DNA of 48,471 nucleotides, taken from positions 1-48,471 of the IMG/VR virus record IMGVR_UViG_3300014169_000010; one strand, written 5' to 3'. Positions 42,134 to 48,471 of the stretch are shown in pieces (positions within the stretch are counted from its first letter, which is position 1; each line of letters begins with the position of its first letter). Both the position numbers and the translations under genes were made by a program. The notes beneath the pieces were generated by a model that saw only the letters and a program-made list of their open reading frames with translations, was not told the DNA's origin and did not search any database. The stretch comes from a virus (Duplodnaviria; Caudoviricetes).

Positions 42134-42197
42134 CCGCTGAAACCCGCGTCCGGCAAACCAGCTTGGCGCGGCTTTGAACGGCTTAGAAAAAGAGGAG
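42127..42197 (+). repeat. Intergenic palindromic repeat, copy 4 (diverged)
   Basis: CGCCTAGCCGCTGAAACCCGCGTCCGGCAAACCAGCTTGGCGCGGCTTTGAACGGCTTAG...GAGGAG. Confidence 0.85.
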
Positions 42198-42204
42198 TAC
42201 AAAC

Positions 42205-42441
42205 ATGCCAGTCCTACTACACGCCGCCGCTGGACTCGACGCCTGCGATGCCGCCTGCTATATGGCGAAGCACCAGGCTTGCCGCTGTATTTGTGGCGGC
42301 ATCAATCACGGCGTAGGACTCAAACGCGCCGCCGAAAATACGCGCCGCTATAAAGAACGGCACGGCCAAACCTCTTTATTAGACCTCATGGCGCAGACCG
42401 CGCCAACCGAAGCACCGGAGCAAACCCCATGCCCACGATAA
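42205..42441 (+). CDS. Small Cys/His putative Zn-binding protein
   Basis: CDAACY.A...C.C.CGG.NHG. Confidence 0.75.
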   Translation: MPVLLHAAAGLDACDAACYMAKHQACRCICGGINHGVGLKRAAENTRRYKERHGQTSLLDLMAQTAPTEAPEQTPCPR

Positions 42442-44480
42442 CCGCGACCTACTCGCCCGAAGATAACAAACTGCGCATCTATGCCACTTCGCGCCTAGAC
42501 CCCGACACATACGCGAAGGTAAAAGCCGCTGGTTTTATATGGGCGCCGAAACAACAATTATTTGTCGCGCCTAGCTGGACGCCCAGCCGCGCCGATCTGT
42601 GCGAAGAACTTGCCGGCCAGATTGACGACGAGGATACTTCCCTCGTTGACCGCGCCGAGGAACGCGCCGACCGCTTCGCCGACTACAGCGAAAGCCGAAC
42701 CCAGGACGCGAACGCCGCCCATAAAGCCGTTCACGCTATCGCCGACAATATCCCGCTAGGGCAGCCCATTCTAGTCGGACACCACAGCGAACGCCACGCC
42801 CGACGCGATGCCGCGAAAATCGAAAATGGAATGCGCCGCGCCGTAAAGATGTGGGAGACGGCGCAATACTGGAAAGACCGCGCAGCCGGAGCCATCGCAG
42901 CCGCGAAATATAAGGAACGTCCCGACGTTCGCGCCCGACGCATCAAGGGACTGGAATCCGACATTCGCGTCTATCGCGCAAAATTCACGCCGGACCCGAA
43001 GCAGCCGCCGATTCTACAGCACCGCTGGAATGACCCTTCCCGCGACGACGCAACGCGAATCCCGCATGTATGGTGCGCCCCGCGAGGCGGCCGAGGCGGA
43101 ATGTGGACGCCCGTTGACGATCTGCCGGGAATCGAAAAGCACTATAGCCGCTGGATTGCCCACTGCGAATTGCGCTTGGAGTACGAACGCGCCATGCTGC
43201 AAGAGCAGGGAGCGACCGACCTCCTAAAGCCGAAGCCGCGCAGCGCAGCCGCGCAATTGCCGCTATGCAACTATGCCGCACCCGGCGGCCTTGAGATCGA
43301 GAACATCTACCACCGCGGCGAAATGCTCCATTACCCGCAAGTGGAAATGACCCAGGCCGAATACGCCAAGATCAACGCCGACTATAAAGCGACTCGCGTA
43401 GTAGGCAACTCGCACCGCGTACGCACGGCCATGCAAAAACACACTTTAGTGTGTGTGTTCCTCACCGACGCCAAGACGCACGAGCCGCCAGCCGCGCAAC
43501 CGAAGCCGGAAGCCGAACCGCGCTGCATCCCCGCGCCCTATATCGCGCCAGCTCCCGACCCAATCGAAAGTTACGGAATTTACGTCGGCAGGAGATTAAT
43601 CAAAAACTTCTGCACGGAGCAATTAGCTAATAGCGCGCTCGCCGAATATCTAGACGGGCACCAGCACTACGGCGCACCGTCCGCAACGCCGGAAGTACGT
43701 CCAATCCCACGCGCCGCCGACTACCAGGCCATGCGCGAAACCCTCAAAGCCGGAGTGCAGATTGTCACCGCGCCGCAGCTATTCCCGACGCCGCCCGAAC
43801 TCGCCGACCGCATGGTGCGCGAAGCCGACATCCAGCCCGGTCACAGCGTCTTGGAACCGTCAGCCGGGACCGGACGCATCATTTATGCCCTCGCCCGCGC
43901 CGGAGAACTCCGCGACCGCCCCGTTACCGCCGTCGAGATCAACTACAGCATGGCCGATGCACTGCGCCGCAGCTTCCCCGAAATGGAAACCGCCCAAGCC
44001 GATTTTCTGGACGTGAAAGGACGCCAGTTTGACCGCATCCTTATGAATCCGCCCTTCGGCGACGCGCAGGACATCAAGCACATCACCCACGCGCTGGGAT
44101 TGCTGGCACCAGGCGGAAAACTTGTTGCCGTCTGCGCCAACGGCCCACGCCAGCAGGAGCGACTCCGCCCACTGGTAGAGCAATACGGCGGCACTTGGGA
44201 AGAACTCCCCGCCGACACGTTCAAGGAATCCGGCACCAGCGTACGCACCGTGCTTCTCACGATTGACGCCGACGACGCGCCAGCCGAGCCCGACGACGAC
44301 GACGAAAGCAACCGCATGGATAACGAGCCGGAGCCGGAGCCAACCGAGCCGGACGCAACCGAAGAAGAAACCGAGCCGGAACCCGTAGCGGTTTTAACAA
44401 ATAACGACCCACAACCCGCCGATTTTGCCCTTACCGGAGAATCGGCACCCAGGCATTTTGCACAGATGAATCTATTTTGA
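42429..44480 (+). CDS. DUF3560-domain protein fused to an amino (N6-adenine-type) DNA methyltransferase
   Basis: ATYSPEDNKLR.Y and GQPILVGHHSER.AR (DUF3560); FPTP, LEPSAGTG and MNPPF (MTase). Confidence 0.88.
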   Translation: MPTITATYSPEDNKLRIYATSRLDPDTYAKVKAAGFIWAPKQQLFVAPSWTPSRADLCEELAGQIDDEDTSLVDRAEERADRFADYSESRTQDANAAHKAVHAIADNIPLGQPILVGHHSERHARRDAAKIENGMRRAVKMWETAQYWKDRAAGAIAAAKYKERPDVRARRIKGLESDIRVYRAKFTPDPKQPPILQHRWNDPSRDDATRIPHVWCAPRGGRGGMWTPVDDLPGIEKHYSRWIAHCELRLEYERAMLQEQGATDLLKPKPRSAAAQLPLCNYAAPGGLEIENIYHRGEMLHYPQVEMTQAEYAKINADYKATRVVGNSHRVRTAMQKHTLVCVFLTDAKTHEPPAAQPKPEAEPRCIPAPYIAPAPDPIESYGIYVGRRLIKNFCTEQLANSALAEYLDGHQHYGAPSATPEVRPIPRAADYQAMRETLKAGVQIVTAPQLFPTPPELADRMVREADIQPGHSVLEPSAGTGRIIYALARAGELRDRPVTAVEINYSMADALRRSFPEMETAQADFLDVKGRQFDRILMNPPFGDAQDIKHITHALGLLAPGGKLVAVCANGPRQQERLRPLVEQYGGTWEELPADTFKESGTSVRTVLLTIDADDAPAEPDDDDESNRMDNEPEPEPTEPDATEEETEPEPVAVLTNNDPQPADFALTGESAPRHFAQMNLF

Positions 44481-44499
44481 ACCGAGGAGAAACCACCCC

Positions 44500-44709
44500 A
44501 TGAGAAAGCCAAAAGACCGCGCCGAACGCATCGCAAAACTATGGCTGGAATCGTCCATTGGCCCGGAGCCAGATTTTATTATCGATCTGCTGACCGACAT
44601 TCGCCACTACTGCAATAGGTTCGGCATTGACTTCGCCCATCAGGACGCCATCGCCTATTCGCATTACATCGAGGAAAACGGCAAGCACCGCGAAGAGCTA
44701 GAAAGCTAG
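44500..44709 (+). CDS. Small hypothetical protein
   Basis: GAGGAG RBS; DLL.D.RH.C...GIDF motif. Confidence 0.75.
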   Translation: MRKPKDRAERIAKLWLESSIGPEPDFIIDLLTDIRHYCNRFGIDFAHQDAIAYSHYIEENGKHREELES

Positions 44710-44743
44710 CAAAATAGCACGACACAAAAAAGGAGAAACCCAA

Positions 44744-46057
44744 ATGGCAACGCAATTCGCAATTCCACTGACCGAACCGCCCGCGCCGTCCTATCAGGAA
44801 GAACGCACCGAGCTTTACTTCCGCGAAGGCAGCAGCGACAAGGTTTACCACTGCAACCTAACCCAATCCGAAGCCGGATGGACGTTCCTTGTCGAACGCG
44901 GCCCCAGGCGCGGCCCGATCATCCACGACGTGAAACTTTCCGGTGTTTCTTATGAAGCAGCGAAAAAACTGTACGACAAGACCGTGCGCGGCCAACTGTC
45001 GAAAGGCTACCAAGACCCTCGCAACTCCCCTCAAAATGGGGAGGAGAAAAAACCCGCAGCGAGTTCAGGCGCGATTGACTCTTTGCTTATGCAACGGCCC
45101 GTAGCCGTTCGTCCTGAAAAAGCCCCACCCCTCACATCTTCACGCGGCCCGGTGTCCCACGAAATCGTATTCCAGCCGGAGCTTCTGACCCGCGTCACGG
45201 AAAAGGAAGCGCAAGACCTGGCGCGCAATCCGCAATACTTTTTCCAGACCAAACAGGATGGCGACCGCCTCACCATCCGCGTCGCCGGCAGCCTCATTCA
45301 CGGCTTTAACAAGCTGGGACAGATCGTCCGGCTAGACCAGCGATTGCACGATGCCATCCACCGCCTGACCGTCCCCAATGGCATTACCTCGCTCACCATG
45401 GACGGCGAATGGGAAGCGGACGGCTTCCACGCCTGGGATTTAATCGAATGCCGCCGCGCTTCGGATACCGAAGAAATGCCGTCACTCCGGCACATTGCCT
45501 ACGAATATCGCCTGGAAACGCTGGAAGTGTTTCTATCCGACCTGGTGCCGGAACTTGCCGGCCTGTTGCATCTGACCTACACGGCGCGATCGACAGAAGA
45601 GAAGCAGGCACTCCTCGCCCGCACCGATCTCGAAGGCGTCGCCATCAAATTGCGCTCGGCATCCTTCCGCCCCGGCCGTAACGGCCAGCACAAAAAGTAC
45701 AAGCATGAGCAGGACGCCAGCTTCATCGTCGGCCCGAAACCGCCGGACAAATTAAACGACGGCAAGCGCAGCGTCGCGCTCTACATTCACGACCCCGAAG
45801 CCAAATGGCATAGCGACTGGCAGTTGGAAGGCTCTGCCAGCCTGCGCTACGTCTGCACCGTGAAGGTGCCGGAGAAGTACGAAATGCCAGGCGTCATGGG
45901 CACCGTGATCGACGTGCGCTACCTCTACGCCTACCACGGCGGAGGCATCGCCCAGCCCTGCTACTTCGGCAAGGTGCGGAACGATGTCCGCCGCGAGGAT
46001 TGCACCATTGCCCAACTGAAATTCAAACGCGAAGGCGACACCGACGACGAAGCCTAG
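44744..46057 (+). CDS. WGR-like domain fused to an ATP-dependent DNA/RNA ligase-like domain
   Basis: LYFREGSSDKVY...KGY (WGR-like); KQDG, DGE, AWD, EG..IK and KYK ligase motifs; C-terminal OB-like VRYLYA. Confidence 0.85.
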   Translation: MATQFAIPLTEPPAPSYQEERTELYFREGSSDKVYHCNLTQSEAGWTFLVERGPRRGPIIHDVKLSGVSYEAAKKLYDKTVRGQLSKGYQDPRNSPQNGEEKKPAASSGAIDSLLMQRPVAVRPEKAPPLTSSRGPVSHEIVFQPELLTRVTEKEAQDLARNPQYFFQTKQDGDRLTIRVAGSLIHGFNKLGQIVRLDQRLHDAIHRLTVPNGITSLTMDGEWEADGFHAWDLIECRRASDTEEMPSLRHIAYEYRLETLEVFLSDLVPELAGLLHLTYTARSTEEKQALLARTDLEGVAIKLRSASFRPGRNGQHKKYKHEQDASFIVGPKPPDKLNDGKRSVALYIHDPEAKWHSDWQLEGSASLRYVCTVKVPEKYEMPGVMGTVIDVRYLYAYHGGGIAQPCYFGKVRNDVRREDCTIAQLKFKREGDTDDEA

Positions 46058-46157
46058 CCCTTGAGCGTAGGGCACCGTGCGGACTGCTTTTAATCAAAAT
46101 AAAAGCCGCCCACTGTGCCCCTCGTTGAACGACTATACACAAAGGAGGAATAACCCG

Positions 46158-46526
46158 GTGCACAACACTATCGGAAAGCCTGCGCCGCTGTCCGGCGGCG
46201 CGGGCGCCTTGCAGGAGCAAAAACGCTTTCTCGCGGGAATGTTCACGCGAGCGGTTTTAATCAGAACAATGGAACACGCGGTCACGAACGCTGCGCTGAT
46301 GCTGGCCTTTACGCTACTATGGGACGTGGTAAGCGAACCCATCGAACGCGCGAAGGCCCGCGTCCCCGTGGCCATCATCGCGGCTTTCCTCTACAACTAC
46401 TGCCACGCTGGCGCGCATGAAGCCTTACACGCTGGCTTGCACTATTTAATGCACACCGCTCACGGCCTATGCCGCAGGACGCTGCACCGCGGCGCAGGCT
46501 ACGAGAAAGGAACCCATGCCCACTAA
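46158..46526 (+). CDS. Hypothetical hydrophobic protein
   Basis: AAGGAGG RBS with GTG at 46158; two hydrophobic stretches. Confidence 0.55.
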   Translation: MHNTIGKPAPLSGGAGALQEQKRFLAGMFTRAVLIRTMEHAVTNAALMLAFTLLWDVVSEPIERAKARVPVAIIAAFLYNYCHAGAHEALHAGLHYLMHTAHGLCRRTLHRGAGYEKGTHAH

Positions 46527-46812
46527 ACCGCATTGCAAAAAGCACCCGAAGGTAAAGCCGATCGTGATGAAAATATGCCCGGCTTGCGTGGGCTCGGCCA
46601 CCAGCGAAGCCAAAGCGCGATCGAGCGCGGCCAACGGCAAACTTGGCGGACGTCCACGCCTGCCCGAACACCTGCCATCATGCCAGCGGACGAAAGAAGA
46701 AACGCCGCGAGGCACCCTGATTATCGCCGATCAGAATTGCCCAGGCTGCGCGGCGCGAAACAAAGCGGCGCGCCAAAGGCATTTCGAGGAAAGCGAACTC
46801 AGCCGCAGGTAG
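46516..46812 (+). CDS. Small basic putative DNA-binding protein
   Basis: C..H, CPAC, TSEAKA.S..ANGKLGGRPR and CPGC motifs. Confidence 0.7.
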   Translation: MPTKPHCKKHPKVKPIVMKICPACVGSATSEAKARSSAANGKLGGRPRLPEHLPSCQRTKEETPRGTLIIADQNCPGCAARNKAARQRHFEESELSRR

Positions 46813-47101
46813 CCGCCGAGGTTTTCTCCGCGCACTCTGCGCCCTCGGCGGCGACAGGTTTTTCGATCTCCACGAAATTGAACTGGCCAGCGTCGCGCAG
46901 CGGCACCAAGCGAAACTCCCGGCCCGGAAAAAACGCTTCCACGCGCTCGGCTTCCGTTTCCAGCAGCATATCCACGCCGTCCGGCGTGAGCCGACTCCCA
47001 GGCGCAGCATGGACCGTGCGCCGCAGCCGCTTGCCATCCAGAAAAATGACGCACAATTTTATGTTCCGCACCAGCCCTAAGCTGGTAGGAGAAACCCTCA
47101 T
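46799..47101 (-). CDS. Hypothetical protein, paralog of 38274..38606
   Basis: GGAG RBS, ATG at 47101; motif alignment with the paralog. Confidence 0.7.
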   Translation of the reverse strand: MRVSPTSLGLVRNIKLCVIFLDGKRLRRTVHAAPGSRLTPDGVDMLLETEAERVEAFFPGREFRLVPLRDAGQFNFVEIEKPVAAEGAECAEKTSAATCG

Positions 47102-47112
47102 TTTCGACTCCG

Positions 47113-47376
47113 CTATTTTCCCGCTTTCAAAACAATCGGCCCGAGCCAGGAGATTATGCCCCAGGCGACAACCATCCCCGCCGTGAGCACCCGGATCCAG
47201 ATTCGCTGCACGTCCACCTTGCGTTCCAGCCGGCACTTCATGTCAAAGGCGCGCATGACATCCAGCGCGAGTTGCTCCGGCTTGCGTTGCAGGTAGTTGC
47301 GGATCCATGCTTCCGGAAGCCGCCGCGGGTTTTCGTAATTCTGAAAACCGCTGCCGTCTTTACAGTCTTTATTCAT
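47113..47376 (-). CDS. Hypothetical protein with a C-terminal TM helix
   Basis: IWIRVLTAGMVVAWGIISWLGPIVL. Confidence 0.6.
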   Translation of the reverse strand: MNKDCKDGSGFQNYENPRRLPEAWIRNYLQRKPEQLALDVMRAFDMKCRLERKVDVQRIWIRVLTAGMVVAWGIISWLGPIVLKAGK

Positions 47377-47560
47377 AAGAACTTCCCGCCGCTGACCGTT
47401 CCTCCCTTGATGGAAACAGCAGGTAGCCGTCAAACACCACCAGCGTGAGTATCAGCGTCATTTCGCCGGAAATCGCCTTTGCCGCCATTGCCCGTATATG
47501 CGCCACATCGGCCGCGCATACGGCAAAGCTTACAAACCGCTCAAGCGCGTCCGATACCAC
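47369..47560 (-). CDS. Small hypothetical protein
   Basis: Fills the gap in the operon direction; no recognisable motif. Confidence 0.35.
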   Translation of the reverse strand: MVSDALERFVSFAVCAADVAHIRAMAAKAISGEMTLILTLVVFDGYLLFPSREERSAAGSSYE

Positions 47561-47566
47561 AAATGC

Positions 47567-48061
47567 CTAAGACCCCACCGCATAGCTGCCAAACGCCAGC
47601 GGCGATCGATCATCGTATGTCCCCAATTCCCGCCGGCCGATCGCGCGGATCTTCTGTTGGGCCCGTTTCACCACAGCGCGGTTTGCCGGCCGGTCCGGCT
47701 CATCTTCGGTGATGCCGACATTCGCCTTCATCTCCGCCGTGGATATTGTCGGCTTCGACCCGGGCGACTCGCTCACCTGAAAAGTGCGCTGGCTGCGCGG
47801 CGATCGATCGAACAGGCGAAAGGTTTTGCCGTTGTTTTCATACTTGCCGCGGCCCTCGCGGCGCATGCCCCGCGCCTGGGCGCGCGTCAAAACACAGCAT
47901 GGTGTGTCCGTGGCGTCATCCTGGTCAAAATAGAAGGTATTAATCGTCGGTTCTTCGGACTGCACCGGCGCAACTGCAGGTGCCGGCACGTAGCGGCCGT
48001 CCGCTTTGGACAGCACGCAGCCGCGCCGCCGGCACTCCCGGTTGCAGATGTGTTGAGACAT
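47567..48061 (-). CDS. Hypothetical protein
   Basis: 164 aa ORF with N-terminal H.C...C...C; co-oriented with neighbours. Confidence 0.6.
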   Translation of the reverse strand: MSQHICNRECRRRGCVLSKADGRYVPAPAVAPVQSEEPTINTFYFDQDDATDTPCCVLTRAQARGMRREGRGKYENNGKTFRLFDRSPRSQRTFQVSESPGSKPTISTAEMKANVGITEDEPDRPANRAVVKRAQQKIRAIGRRELGTYDDRSPLAFGSYAVGS

Positions 48062-48302
48062 AAGAATTTAAGTGGGAACCGCGCGGGAAAGCCAAGATAT
48101 TGCGGACGCTGGAAAACGCCAGGACTGTGCTTTGGTTGCCGGGCATCCACCGGCTCTTGCAGGGAACCGCGCGTTTGGGAACCGGCTTTGCCGTGAATTG
48201 GACGAAACGGCAGAGGATCCGGCGAAGTTCTCCTAGATTCTGCCTGTTTTCCGAGAGGATAGCCTGATTACGAAGGTGCCGCAACTACCATATTTGATAC
48301 CC

Positions 48303-48471
48303 TCAGTAATTCCACGGCTCAGGCAGCAGCCCGTACGGCAGGTAGAGCGGATGCGCCGGCGAACCGTCCTTGTTTTTGTTTAAGCAATCCAGCCGCAGCC
48401 CCAGCGTGTCGCGGAGGAGCCAGCCGCGGTCGGTCTTGAGCTTTCCCCAGCAGGCGACAACCTTTTGCACC
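48303..48471 (-). CDS. DUF1643-family protein, C-terminal part (5' end outside the window)
   Basis: Hand-translated ...VVACWG...LDCLNKNKDGSPAHPLYLPY... Confidence 0.7.
   Translation of the reverse strand, partial: VQKVVACWGKLKTDRGWLLRDTLGLRLDCLNKNKDGSPAHPLYLPYGLLPEPWNY

Larger units (their letters stand above)
1..48471. mobile_element. Siphovirus-like (HK97 head, long non-contractile tail) phage or prophage segment; the genome continues beyond both window edges
   Basis: Contiguous terminase-portal-protease-capsid-neck-tail-lysis module; both terminal ORFs run off the window; no host housekeeping genes or att sites recognised. Confidence 0.95.

Noticed and set aside
40679-42197. CRISPR array interpretation of the repeats
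   Set aside because: Repeat periods are about 420-540 bp, the intervening DNA consists of whole ORFs, and no cas genes are present.
40679-42197. Repeats as intrinsic terminators or sigma70 promoters
   Set aside because: No U-tract follows the stems, and TTGAGC has no correctly spaced -10 box.
1-48471. tRNA/rRNA genes, diversity-generating retroelement, IS elements, repressor, intact integrase
   Set aside because: No cloverleaf, reverse transcriptase, TR/VR pair, transposase, CI-like gene or complete integrase recognised in this window.

Overview
The whole window reads as one GC-rich tailed phage or prophage with an HK97-type head and a long non-contractile tail. No host housekeeping genes are visible. 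A soil bacterium such as Acidobacteriota is only a guess for the host. Most genes lie on the minus strand. In transcription order they are TerS, a TerL split into two ORFs, HNH, portal, a ClpP-type protease/scaffold and the major capsid protein. These are followed by a five-gene glycosylation cluster (two GT2-like, two GT31-like, one NDP-sugar epimerase), the neck genes and two very large signal-peptide-bearing beta-helix proteins. Then come two tail-tube paralogs, a -1 frameshifted tail chaperone, tape measure, tail tip, GH73 endolysin and a holin candidate. A divergent plus-strand block (39981-46812) starts beside a cos-like sequence and a 5'-truncated tyrosine recombinase. Its first genes are separated by four copies of a conserved 55-70 bp imperfect palindrome that joins one gene's stop codon to the next gene's RBS and shows compensatory base changes. 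This attC-like gene-cassette array, with non-canonical CTAG ends, is the most novel-looking signal. The capsid-linked glycosylation module is second. All family calls come from motif recognition by eye; no database search was run.
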